64,000 nt of DNA, from positions 1-64,000 of the IMG/VR virus record IMGVR_UViG_3300023179_000093; one strand, given 5' to 3'. This stretch comes from a virus. Shown here piece after piece: positions 47,403 to 56,863 of the stretch (position 1 is the first letter of the stretch; each line of letters begins with the position of its first letter). The position numbers and the translations under genes were made by a program. The notes beneath the pieces were generated by a model, which saw only the letters and a list, made by a program, of their open reading frames with translations, had not been told where the DNA came from and searched no databases.

Positions 47403-48686
47403 ATGTCTACGACTTTTGCAGTCGAGCAGCTCTTGATCAAAGAGTCCGGCCGTATTGGCCCGGATATCTACCGCAAGACTGTCGACACCTCTCCTTGGCT
47501 CAAACTCGTGAATCAGGACGTGTGGCCTGACGAGATGGGCGATTCTGTCAGTGTGCTCGTTTACGAGCGTTCGCTGCCGTACAACTACGACAGCAACGGC
47601 AACCTCACCAGCGTGAAAACCACCTGGAACTCTCTCACCGGTAACGGTGCGAACGGAGTTCTCGGAGCCGCTGGCGAAGGTGGCCCCAACGGCACAGGAA
47701 ACTCCTTTGCTGCTGGTTCGAGCAATGTGATTGAGTTCGGTCAGAGGCTTCGCTCCTATGGGCTGAAAGCTTCCTCGATGAACTCCCCCGACCTGTCGCT
47801 TAACGACCTGCGCTTCCCGCTCAAGCGGAAAGAGCAGCTGTCGAATGTGATGGCGATCTTGGGCGAAGCCACGGCTGAAGCCTGGAAAGAACGCTACTAC
47901 GACGAGTATGTGCGTCTCTCCGAGAACAAGTTCATCGCTACGACCACGACTGGCAGTGCTATTGGCCTAACCTCGGCCAATGGTTCCGATGTTGAGGCGT
48001 TTGGAACGGTTGACGAAACTACCATCGTTGCGCTCAATCAGCAGCATCTGGATAAGATGTACCTGCGGATGATCCGTGATGGTGGTGCTCAGGAAGCCTA
48101 TGGTCGCCAGAACGGCGCTCCTCTGTTCCTGCTGATCACCAGCTACGAACAGAGCGATGCTCTGATCAAGGCCAATGGTACTTCCGGGCAGACGGCTACC
48201 CGTGACGACTTCCGTTGGAGCGATCGGGCTAACGAGTTGCTTGGACCTCTTGGGGTGCAGCGCACCTACAAGGGTTTCCATCACCTTGTTGATCCGTTCC
48301 CCCGTCGGTACAACTACAACAGCACGTCCAATGTTTGGACTCGTGTGTTCCCCTTCAAAAAAGTGGCAACCACTGCGAACACCCGAACTGGCGTCAAGTA
48401 TGACCTCAACTCCGATTACGAGACTGCGGAATACGAAGAGTCGATCATCTATCATCCGATGGTGTTCACCTCGCTCGTGCCGAAGCCGATCAGCGGAACT
48501 GATTCCGCCGACTTCGCCCCGCAGACCTATCGTGGTGAGTTCACGTGGCGCAACATCCCGGATCGTCAGTACAATCCTGACGGAACGGTTGGCTTCTTCC
48601 GAGCGATCTTCGCCTCGGGCAGCAAGCCGATCTTCCCGAATCTGGGATACGTGATCCGTCACGCTCGGACTGGCCCGGTAGTCTAA
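47403..48686 (+). CDS. Major capsid protein
   Basis: 427 aa; follows the scaffold; strong codon bias; followed by a terminator. Confidence 0.85.
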   Translation: MSTTFAVEQLLIKESGRIGPDIYRKTVDTSPWLKLVNQDVWPDEMGDSVSVLVYERSLPYNYDSNGNLTSVKTTWNSLTGNGANGVLGAAGEGGPNGTGNSFAAGSSNVIEFGQRLRSYGLKASSMNSPDLSLNDLRFPLKRKEQLSNVMAILGEATAEAWKERYYDEYVRLSENKFIATTTTGSAIGLTSANGSDVEAFGTVDETTIVALNQQHLDKMYLRMIRDGGAQEAYGRQNGAPLFLLITSYEQSDALIKANGTSGQTATRDDFRWSDRANELLGPLGVQRTYKGFHHLVDPFPRRYNYNSTSNVWTRVFPFKKVATTANTRTGVKYDLNSDYETAEYEESIIYHPMVFTSLVPKPISGTDSADFAPQTYRGEFTWRNIPDRQYNPDGTVGFFRAIFASGSKPIFPNLGYVIRHARTGPVV

Positions 48687-48699
48687 TACTGGTCGATTG

Positions 48700-48745
48700 A
48701 ATAGCCTCCCTAGGGTTCTACCCCCTAGGGAGGTTTATTCTGTTT
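48700..48745 (+). terminator. Intrinsic terminator after the capsid gene
   Basis: GCCTCCCTAGGG/CCCTAGGGAGGT stem followed by a T-rich tail. Confidence 0.8.
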
Positions 48746-48763
48746 CTCAGCCAGAGCTCTAGG

Positions 48764-49057
48764 GTGAACCTTATCAGAGGCTGGATCAGCCTTACGGGTG
48801 GAATTATCGAGCAGGCAATTGCCGACCTCGATCTTGCCATTACCCCATGCAAAGCGAGACGAAAGCCAGAGTGGGCTTTTACCCCAGAGCATTTTCGGGA
48901 GTTTTTTACCTTAGCCGAAGATCTTTATAGGGTCTGCGGTTTTCGATTGAACCCCGAAGCGGTGAGAGACCGACTGAACAAGAAACTTGCCAAATTGGAT
49001 AAAATCTATGCCGCGCAAGGAAGTAAGCGAAATCGTCGCAAGACTAGCCGGGATTGA
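48764..49057 (+). CDS. Hypothetical protein
   Basis: IIEQAI.D motif. Confidence 0.55.
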   Translation: MNLIRGWISLTGGIIEQAIADLDLAITPCKARRKPEWAFTPEHFREFFTLAEDLYRVCGFRLNPEAVRDRLNKKLAKLDKIYAAQGSKRNRRKTSRD

Positions 49058-49238
49058 CGCTAAGCTCGACGCTTTGACTGATCTGCTGAAAAAGCATGAC
49101 AGTCATTTAACGACTCACGACGAACGCATTCGCCATCTTGAAAGGCAACTTAACATTGCCTTTGGATGGGCGGGAGCCGTTGGTTTTGTCGCTTCGTTGT
49201 TATGGTCGTGGGTGTGGGGAAAGATTGCTGGCCGCTGA
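49008..49238 (+). CDS. XhlA-like coiled-coil/TM lysis accessory
   Basis: Coiled coil, RI..LE, C-terminal TM helix. Confidence 0.6.
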   Translation: MPRKEVSEIVARLAGIDAKLDALTDLLKKHDSHLTTHDERIRHLERQLNIAFGWAGAVGFVASLLWSWVWGKIAGR

Positions 49239-49256
49239 TTGTCATCTGACAAAAGT

Positions 49257-49670
49257 ATGTCAAGATTAGCTATGGGCGCCTTAATAATCCTGGCATGTCT
49301 CATTCTTTCGGGTTGTACGACAGTTTCTAGTAAGGGTTACCCAAACTTCTCAACTACAGAGGCTAGGCTTGAGGCAGCCTCATCCGTAGCCAACCCAGAG
49401 GCAAAAGCTCATATAGAGGCCGCCAGAGAGCAATTAAAGGCCGCTAAAGAGGCTTGTTACGCCAATACCGAGGCTTTGGAACAGGCAATTAGAGAAAAGA
49501 ACGAGGCCATCAAGGAAGCGGCTGTCTGGAAAGAAAAGCAACGCAAAGCTCTTAAGGAACTTTGGATTTACCGTGGAGCCATCCTTGCGTTTGTTCTTTG
49601 GACATTTCGTGGAGCCATATTTGGTGGAGTAATGTTTGTGGCTAGGAAATTTGTGGGGATACCCTGGTGA
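49257..49670 (+). CDS. Lipoprotein with C-terminal TM helix (spanin candidate)
   Basis: Lipobox LSGC, coiled coil and hydrophobic C-terminus, within the lysis cassette. Confidence 0.6.
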   Translation: MSRLAMGALIILACLILSGCTTVSSKGYPNFSTTEARLEAASSVANPEAKAHIEAAREQLKAAKEACYANTEALEQAIREKNEAIKEAAVWKEKQRKALKELWIYRGAILAFVLWTFRGAIFGGVMFVARKFVGIPW

Positions 49671-50008
49671 TTCGTTGGCTTCGGTCAAACTTTCAAGGGA
49701 TGGTAGCAATCCTAGTCGCTATCATCATTTTCTTTTTACTTGGCCCCATCCTTCAGGGCTTTGACACCACCGCAGGGGTTGTTGACTTAGGAAGTCTTCA
49801 TGTTCTGATCTTTGGAGCGGTTAGATTTCTTTTCTGCACATTCCTTGCCTGGTCAGTACTCCAGTTGGATTGGAAGATTCTAGATCGATACATTGATCGT
49901 GGCGCGCTTAGGGACGATTGGAAGGAAGCCTGCCCAAAGACCCGTTTGTTTACTTTTGTTTTTGTTTTTGGAGTTCTTTTGATTTCAGCAATTTTGTCAT
50001 GCAAGTAG
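49667..50008 (+). CDS. Holin-like protein (3 TM)
   Basis: Three hydrophobic segments, upstream of the endolysin. Confidence 0.6.
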   Translation: MIRWLRSNFQGMVAILVAIIIFFLLGPILQGFDTTAGVVDLGSLHVLIFGAVRFLFCTFLAWSVLQLDWKILDRYIDRGALRDDWKEACPKTRLFTFVFVFGVLLISAILSCK

Positions 50009-50529
50009 TTTATGTTGCGATTCTTTTTGCGTTTCTTTCCCACTCTATGGCTAGCCCAGGAGTTGAGGCGCAGAGGCTTCTCGTCATCGAGCAGGCTCGA
50101 AAATCCCTTGGTATTCGGGAAGCCACGGGTCGAAACGACGGGCCCCTGGTGGACGAGATCCTTTCATCGGTAGGTCTTGAAGGTACCAAGGCGCCGTGGT
50201 GTGCGGCTTTCATTGTCTGGGTTGGCGACAAGGCCTTTGGGGCGTCGTTATTCAATCCCTACCCTAGGTCGGCTTGGAGCCCGGTATTTCTTGCTAAACC
50301 GACATGGGATCGACAAAGGAGGGGAACCCCTCTTAAACCAGCAGATGTCTTTGGAATCTGGTTCAACTCGATGGGCAGGGTGGCGCACGTTGGCCTTGTG
50401 GAAAAGAACGAGGGGGATTGGTTAGTTACGATTGAAGGGAATACAAATGGGGGAGGGAGTCGGGACGGAGATGGAGTTTATCGGCGTCGTCGCTTGGCTG
50501 TTAATGTACTTGGAAAGGACTGGTTGTGA
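49999..50529 (+). CDS. CHAP-domain endolysin with signal peptide
   Basis: PWCAAF, HVGLV and TIEGNT motifs; N-terminus MQVVYVAILFAFLSHSMA. Confidence 0.85.
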   Translation: MQVVYVAILFAFLSHSMASPGVEAQRLLVIEQARKSLGIREATGRNDGPLVDEILSSVGLEGTKAPWCAAFIVWVGDKAFGASLFNPYPRSAWSPVFLAKPTWDRQRRGTPLKPADVFGIWFNSMGRVAHVGLVEKNEGDWLVTIEGNTNGGGSRDGDGVYRRRRLAVNVLGKDWL

Positions 50530-50936
50530 GCCAGCACATTGGAGCCATTGGGGTTAGTAAAGTTAGCTCCATATTACTTGAAAATGGTTTTATTGTTAGC
50601 CATCCGGTATACGACAATGGTTATGACCTAATTACTGATTGGAAGGGAACTTTAAATCGTGTCCAAGTAAAGACTACTTTTGGTGGGGAAGATGGTGTAA
50701 AGAACCGAAGCAAACTTAAATTCTTTGCTTTGCGTGGGCAGGGTGGCCAAAACAGAAGCCCAAAAAAACTTTATGGCAAAGGCATAGCAGATGCCTTTGT
50801 ATTTTATAACGCAAGGCACAACGCTATCTTTGTAATACCTAACGACAAACTCCCAAAAACTACCTCAGTCTACTTTGCCCCCAACTGCACTTGGCGCGAT
50901 AATTGGGATGTCTTGCGAAATCCAAAGAGGGGATAG
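50526..50936 (+). CDS. PD-(D/E)XK endonuclease (homing-like)
   Basis: G..G...V...L...GF.V..P.....YDL.......RVQVKT. Confidence 0.8.
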   Translation: MSQHIGAIGVSKVSSILLENGFIVSHPVYDNGYDLITDWKGTLNRVQVKTTFGGEDGVKNRSKLKFFALRGQGGQNRSPKKLYGKGIADAFVFYNARHNAIFVIPNDKLPKTTSVYFAPNCTWRDNWDVLRNPKRG

Positions 50937-50945
50937 ACTTTACCT

Positions 50946-53552
50946 ATGGCTAGCCAAGAAGAGCTCCGTTTAACAGAAGGGCAGTCCAATTGGAGCGTGG
51001 GGATGGACTCTTCAGTTGTTCCCAATCTTGTTCCCGACAATGGCTGCGCAATGGCTATTAATACAACTTTTCGTGGTGGTAGGCCAAGAACTAGGCCTGG
51101 TAATACTCAAGTGTTCCTACAGGACAACCCAGAATTACAGGGTGGACTAGCTCTTTTTAATACCGGCCAAGCTCTTGTTGGCAGTGCAACAATCTCTGTT
51201 GGTAATTATTTTCAAGGGGCAACTATGTATATCAACAAGGAAGATTCCGCAAGGAACTACCTTGTATGTGGTGTAGGCGGATACATATGCAAAATAGATG
51301 TTGTAACTGGTTATGTAACCATTTTAAGCAGACTAAACAACTTTGGTTCCGAAGAAACAGATCCCAACGGAAATAGAATCTTGTTTAGGTGGGACGCCAC
51401 AAAAAGAATATATTTTGCCCAAGCAGAAAGATATCTTATTATTCAGAACAACGTAGACAAGCCATTAATATTTGATGGAGAGTTCTTATGGCAAACTGGA
51501 GTTGGACCAACTGGAAGTATCGGCAACATATCTTCTATACCAACTGGAAACATAATGGCTTATGGGCAAGGCAGATTGTTTGTCACACTTCCAGACCGAA
51601 CAAAATTTCTTGCTGGGGATTTAGTATTTGGAGGATCTGCATCTCAAGTTGAAGTTAGCACTTCGACAATAGGCAGTACCAACGTTGGTGCAAAAACACG
51701 AATCACATGCTCGTCTACTGTAAACTTTACGAATGGAGATGTCGTAACCATATCTGGGCATAGCTCTACGCCAGACATAAATGGCACATGGAGAGTCTCA
51801 AATGTCACAAATGTAAGTTCAATCGGTTCTTTTGACATTAACCATAATGCCTATAATCAGGCCTACGCAAACGGAACTGGTGGTTTTGCCACAAAAGCTT
51901 CTTCTGGGTCTGACACTGATCTTTTAAGATTCACGGAGACAACCTATTTAGCTGAAGGCGGTAGTTTTCAGGTGCCTTCTGAGATGGGCAAAATTCGTGG
52001 AATGATATTCCAGCCTATTGCCGACACGGCGTCTGGACAGGGGGATCTTATGGTATTTGCGGAAGCTGGCGTTGTTAGCTTTGGGGTTTCGGCACCACGA
52101 AGCATGTGGAAAAATACTCCTGGGTTCCAGCGCATTACCCTATCTAAAATTGGATCTATATGCGAAAGATTCCTGCTTCCTGTTAACAACGACATTTATT
52201 TCCGATCTGCCGATGGAATTCGTTCGTACAGAAATGCTAGGGCAGAGCAAGATGGTTTTGGCCAACTCCCATTATCTAGCCAGGTTCAAGCTTTCACAGA
52301 TTTCGATACAGAGTCTTTGCTTGAAGCTGGGTCAGCCATATTCTTTGACAACCGACTCCATTTTACCGTTGGCCCAATTGTGGATTTAAAAAATATAACT
52401 CTCCCGTCAAATAACCCGTTGCCGACAAGACCCACTGCTTTTGAGGGTATCGGAACTTTTGATTTTAACAGCATGGGTGGTGCCGGAAAAGATAAGATAG
52501 CCACTTGGGATGGGCTTTGGACCGGAATTCGAGTTTACCAATTAATCTCTGGCTACATTGACGGAGTCCCAAGAGCATTTGCGTTTGTCCAAAACAAAAC
52601 AACTTACGAAAACGAACTATGGGAGCTCTATCCTTGGGCTCTTTACGATTACACTTTAACAAGTTCTGGAGACAGAATCCAATGCGCGGTTGAAACTAGG
52701 TCGTATAACTTTGGGTCGGAGTGGACTCTCAAAAAACTGACTCGTGGGGATCTCTGGGTGTCCGACTTCGATGGAATATCACTAGTAAATGTCTACTATA
52801 AACCCGAATCTTCTTCCTGCTATCAATTTTGGCATTCATTTACAATATGCGCGGAAAACAAAACATGCGTCCCATTTGTTTTGGATCGAACGCCAGCAGG
52901 CTCATCCGAGTCAATCCCAATGTACCTAAACGCAAGGACTGTCACAAGAGCGACATCTTGGAAGCTCACCTTTACCGACCCACCAGAATATTTCTACCTA
53001 TCTTTAACAGATTCTGTTGGCAACATATCAGGGTCTACTGGTCAACCATATAATCGTAATTATCTTTTTACGGGGGATCAGACAAATTCAATACTGAAAA
53101 CTAAAGGTCCTTTTAGTTCTTATGTGACACAAAAACTTAAATGGTCAGAACTAAACCCAGCTGTCCTTAAAGCCGAACTGCTGAGGATTGGTCTTGGCAG
53201 CAATACCTCAGTTACAAAAACCACTACAGCTGGAGTAGACCAATGGACAATAACCTTTTATAACGCCAACAATGTATTGTCATATGTTGAAGCCCCAGAC
53301 ATTATACCTTCGTATTTAGGTGAAACAGAGACGCCTTGCGGGTTGTTTAAACCTTTAGACAACAGAACCCAATATAGGTCTCAATTGAGGCTTCCGACTC
53401 CCCCAGACACATGCAACGCTAATGGCGGAAGCTTGACAAAAATAAGTCAGACATTTCAATTTAGAATAGAGTGGCAAGGTTGTATGGCTCTTAGTAAAGT
53501 CCTATGGCATGCTGACAAAGTAATTCAACCAACATCTGGAAGTTGTTTATGA
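50946..53552 (+). CDS. Tail nozzle/DNA stabilisation protein
   Basis: 868 aa beta-rich protein with GRL.V, IYF.S.DGI, FDNRL and W.G.W podovirus tail motifs. Confidence 0.7.
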   Translation: MASQEELRLTEGQSNWSVGMDSSVVPNLVPDNGCAMAINTTFRGGRPRTRPGNTQVFLQDNPELQGGLALFNTGQALVGSATISVGNYFQGATMYINKEDSARNYLVCGVGGYICKIDVVTGYVTILSRLNNFGSEETDPNGNRILFRWDATKRIYFAQAERYLIIQNNVDKPLIFDGEFLWQTGVGPTGSIGNISSIPTGNIMAYGQGRLFVTLPDRTKFLAGDLVFGGSASQVEVSTSTIGSTNVGAKTRITCSSTVNFTNGDVVTISGHSSTPDINGTWRVSNVTNVSSIGSFDINHNAYNQAYANGTGGFATKASSGSDTDLLRFTETTYLAEGGSFQVPSEMGKIRGMIFQPIADTASGQGDLMVFAEAGVVSFGVSAPRSMWKNTPGFQRITLSKIGSICERFLLPVNNDIYFRSADGIRSYRNARAEQDGFGQLPLSSQVQAFTDFDTESLLEAGSAIFFDNRLHFTVGPIVDLKNITLPSNNPLPTRPTAFEGIGTFDFNSMGGAGKDKIATWDGLWTGIRVYQLISGYIDGVPRAFAFVQNKTTYENELWELYPWALYDYTLTSSGDRIQCAVETRSYNFGSEWTLKKLTRGDLWVSDFDGISLVNVYYKPESSSCYQFWHSFTICAENKTCVPFVLDRTPAGSSESIPMYLNARTVTRATSWKLTFTDPPEYFYLSLTDSVGNISGSTGQPYNRNYLFTGDQTNSILKTKGPFSSYVTQKLKWSELNPAVLKAELLRIGLGSNTSVTKTTTAGVDQWTITFYNANNVLSYVEAPDIIPSYLGETETPCGLFKPLDNRTQYRSQLRLPTPPDTCNANGGSLTKISQTFQFRIEWQGCMALSKVLWHADKVIQPTSGSCL

Positions 53553-53785
53553 GTGTTTGCACAACAGAAACATGCTCAAGAGTTCTTGGGATCTATGGGG
53601 ATATTGTTCAAGGAAATACCGAAACATTAGACACCTTAAGTGTCGAGGATTCACTAAATAGTGGTCTACTTCCAAATGGTGCAAGAACTGGCGACCCTAT
53701 TGCCGTTAGTGGTTCTTACACAATCATAGTTGATGGAAACCCAGAAGTTATCTACGAGGATGGGTATCTTCTTAAACTAAATTAA
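53549..53785 (+). CDS. Small tail-associated protein
   Basis: Coupled ORF in the tail module. Confidence 0.55.
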   Translation: MSVCTTETCSRVLGIYGDIVQGNTETLDTLSVEDSLNSGLLPNGARTGDPIAVSGSYTIIVDGNPEVIYEDGYLLKLN

Positions 53786-53789
53786 AAGT

Positions 53790-54866
53790 ATGGCTGTTAA
53801 AATAGACGAGCTTTCTCTTCTTGCTAACCCACAACTTACCGGGTTAGTGCCAGTGGTTGTTGGAGGGGCAACCCGCAAAACAACCTTACAAGATATTTTA
53901 GGAGCCGTGACTGGCGGAACAGTCACAAGCCTAAGCTTTTCTGGAAATCTAGCAGCTAACCCAAACCCAATCACTACTTCAGGAGATGTTTATTTTAATC
54001 TCCCAGGGATGATTTTACCATACGCTGGCACTTCCGCTCCATCTGGCTGGGTATTTTGCAATGGCCAAGAGTTAAATAGGGTAGGTAACGCCGCTTTATT
54101 TGGCGTAATACAAACTACTTATGGTTCTGGTAATGGGACGACAACTTTTAATGTGCCAGATCTCCGAGGAAGAATTCCTTTTGGCAAGGCGAATAGTTCA
54201 ACTGAGACGAATAAGCTGTCTGGGCAAGCCATTAGCCCAAACATATACACCTTGGGTGCAACTGGAGGTTACGAAAGCCACACTTTAACCACAGAGCAGA
54301 CATCTGTTCGTGGCCATTCGCATAACGGCGCTACAAAAAAAGCTGTTTATGGAAGATCAAACGAGGCTGCTGATTGGAATTGTCCGCCACCTATGGGCTC
54401 TTATTGCGGTAACAATATGTCTGGAAATATTGTTGAGGGTGTTTATACCGTAGGAAATTTAAACGGATATCCAACATGCCATTTTGAGTTGACCGCAAGA
54501 ACACTTGACAGCGACACAAATCCCTATGTCCAAGCTCTCCTTGAAGAATCACCTTGGAAAAGATCTCAAACTATAACTTGGACACAGGCCTTTGGGGATT
54601 TAACCTTTCCAGTATCTCCCATTTCTCTTTCAACTCCGACCGCATCTTCCAATCTAAGTGTAGGCCTTCGTGTTAATTCTGGATCTGCCTACATCTCGTC
54701 TAATACTCTATATATTACAGGACCAGGTTGGATAGTCCTTGAGGCATTCCAAGACGGAAATTCAACCTTTCTTCCAGTAGTACTTGCAAAAAGCTTTTAT
54801 GTGACAAGTGCTCCACATAACAACATGCCACCTTGCCAAGTTGTAAACTATATTATCAAAACTTAA
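53790..54866 (+). CDS. Tail-collar domain protein 1
   Basis: PGMI.PYAG..APSGW..CNG...TFNVPDLRGR; HNNMPP...NYIIK. Confidence 0.88.
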   Translation: MAVKIDELSLLANPQLTGLVPVVVGGATRKTTLQDILGAVTGGTVTSLSFSGNLAANPNPITTSGDVYFNLPGMILPYAGTSAPSGWVFCNGQELNRVGNAALFGVIQTTYGSGNGTTTFNVPDLRGRIPFGKANSSTETNKLSGQAISPNIYTLGATGGYESHTLTTEQTSVRGHSHNGATKKAVYGRSNEAADWNCPPPMGSYCGNNMSGNIVEGVYTVGNLNGYPTCHFELTARTLDSDTNPYVQALLEESPWKRSQTITWTQAFGDLTFPVSPISLSTPTASSNLSVGLRVNSGSAYISSNTLYITGPGWIVLEAFQDGNSTFLPVVLAKSFYVTSAPHNNMPPCQVVNYIIKT

Positions 54867-54870
54867 ATAT

Positions 54871-55692
54871 ATGGCGTCTTTTAAAATATCAGCGTTAAAA
54901 CCAACTACCCTGTTGGACGATACCACAACAATTCCATGTTTTTATAATGGGAAAACATATCAGTTGTCTATTGCTACCTTAACCTCGTACTTTGGCACAG
55001 GAACCTTTAAGGCGATTTTCTCAGGCGATTCTATTGAGTGTTCTCCAAACCCAATATCAACCTCTGGCAACATTTCTTTTAGAAGCCCAGGATTAATGAG
55101 TCTTTATGCTGGGAACAGCGACCCTAGTGGTTGGCTAATATGCAACGGAAGGGAATTACCAAAGAGTAACCCAACATACTCAAACTTATATGCCGTGATT
55201 GGCGATAGGTATGGAACTCCCTCAAACTCTAGTGTCTTTAAAATTCCAAACACATCTGGGTTAAGCGTGTTTGGTCTAGACAATATGAATGGAGTGGCTT
55301 CTGAAAGGCTAACCGCAGAAAACCTTGATGGTGGCGTTCCAACAACACTAGGAAGCATTGGTGGAAACCAACCCCAAACGCTTACCCCAGAAAACTGTCC
55401 TCTCAGCCCACATTCGCATAATAGCGGAACCATAAACTGGGTAGTTGCCTTTGGCAATGGGTGCACTGCGGGGGGGTATAGCAATTTTGGTGGAGTTCGC
55501 AGAAGTTTCAGATTTTCAAACGAAGATTATTTAGCGGATACCGCAACACCAGCAAATAATCAAAGGTATTGGAATAGGGCTGACGCAAATATAAAGACTA
55601 TGAATGTCAGCTCCACGGATCAAGTGGCGACAACACTCACACATCCACATATACCGCCTTTAATCTTATTAAATTGGATTATTAAGCTATGA
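54871..55692 (+). CDS. Tail-collar domain protein 2
   Basis: PG....YAG...PSGWL.CNG...F.IPN..G; H..IPP...NWIIK. Confidence 0.85.
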   Translation: MASFKISALKPTTLLDDTTTIPCFYNGKTYQLSIATLTSYFGTGTFKAIFSGDSIECSPNPISTSGNISFRSPGLMSLYAGNSDPSGWLICNGRELPKSNPTYSNLYAVIGDRYGTPSNSSVFKIPNTSGLSVFGLDNMNGVASERLTAENLDGGVPTTLGSIGGNQPQTLTPENCPLSPHSHNSGTINWVVAFGNGCTAGGYSNFGGVRRSFRFSNEDYLADTATPANNQRYWNRADANIKTMNVSSTDQVATTLTHPHIPPLILLNWIIKL

Positions 55693-56474
55693 GTACAACA
55701 CCATCAGTACGAATCACAGCTTTACCAGACCTGCCAGATGGAGCTACGCCTTCACAAATATACATACCTGTCGTTGCAAATGGCGTAACCCGAAAAATGG
55801 CAATTTCTGAATTATTCGCCTACAGAACATCTGGAACCGTAAAGTCGATTACTTACTCAAGCTCCGTGCGTGTTGTTGTAAACGAATCAACTGGTAGAGC
55901 AACGGCTTCCTTTTATCTTCCTGGTGCAATAGCCGCTTTCCCGGGAACCCAGCCTCCAGAAGGGTGGTTGCTGTGCGCCGGGCAGGCAGTTTCTAGATCT
56001 ATTTACGCAAGCTTATTCGCTACCATTAATATTATTTATGGTGTGGGAGACGGAAGATCTACTTTTAACCTTCCCGATCTTCGAGGAAGGACTCCTGTTG
56101 GGCATAATTCAATGGGAGCCTCAGATTCTGGTAGGCTTCTCGGGGCAAGACCAGGAGGAGTTTACGGGAATACTCTGGGGGCAGTTGGCGGTAAAGAAAC
56201 CCATGTTCTTACCCAAGATGAAACACCGATATCTAAACATACCCATCTGGTAAAACATTCGTGGGATTATAGTACAGATGATTGCGAGCATGGGGATAAC
56301 TGTCATTGTGGGTATAACGAAAAGCAAGGAATGGTTGGAAACTCTCCAAATGTAAGCGCTCCCATGTCATACACTCTTTCTGGTTCAAATAGTAATAACC
56401 AAAACCTATCTTCTGCGACACCGCATAAAACCGTCCCCCCACTTGTGTTTTTAAACTATATCATAAAATACTGA
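55689..56474 (+). CDS. Tail-collar domain protein 3
   Basis: PG.I..F.G...PEGWL.C.G...TFNLPDLRGR; H..VPP...NYIIK. Confidence 0.88.
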   Translation: MSTTPSVRITALPDLPDGATPSQIYIPVVANGVTRKMAISELFAYRTSGTVKSITYSSSVRVVVNESTGRATASFYLPGAIAAFPGTQPPEGWLLCAGQAVSRSIYASLFATINIIYGVGDGRSTFNLPDLRGRTPVGHNSMGASDSGRLLGARPGGVYGNTLGAVGGKETHVLTQDETPISKHTHLVKHSWDYSTDDCEHGDNCHCGYNEKQGMVGNSPNVSAPMSYTLSGSNSNNQNLSSATPHKTVPPLVFLNYIIKY

Positions 56475-56475
56475 T

Positions 56476-56862
56476 ATGCCCCTAATCGCCGGATCTCTCC
56501 CACCGAATACCTGCTACGGAACTCCACAACAGCTTCTTGATCTTTTTGGAGCGTACCTTTCTCTTCCTGGCCAAAACACTATATTGGAGGGCAAAAAGGC
56601 TTCAACCTTTAACATAACGGCCGGAACAAACATTTCGATTATCCCAACTGTTGGTAAAGACACTCTTACCGTATCTGGAGCCTCTATCGGAGATCCTGTT
56701 GTAATTGGAGTTCCTAGCCCCCCCGATGGAGTTTTGTTTGATGCGTATGTAAGCGCCTCAAATATAGTCACCATCCGATGTACCTATGTAAAAACCGGAC
56801 TCTCTATGAATAGCCAAAACTATACGGTAAAAGTATTTAAGTTTGGTGGAGTATACCCTTGA
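56476..56862 (+). CDS. Small virion beta protein
   Basis: TVSGA..GD.V.......A.VSA.N.V.IR motif. Confidence 0.6.
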   Translation: MPLIAGSLPPNTCYGTPQQLLDLFGAYLSLPGQNTILEGKKASTFNITAGTNISIIPTVGKDTLTVSGASIGDPVVIGVPSPPDGVLFDAYVSASNIVTIRCTYVKTGLSMNSQNYTVKVFKFGGVYP

Positions 56863-56863
56863 T

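Noticed and set aside
47967-48662. 231 aa minus-strand ORF
   Set aside because: Antisense to the codon-biased capsid gene.
50526-50936. Group I intron around the PD-(D/E)XK gene
   Set aside because: Flanking genes are intact and abut the ORF, leaving no room for an intron core.
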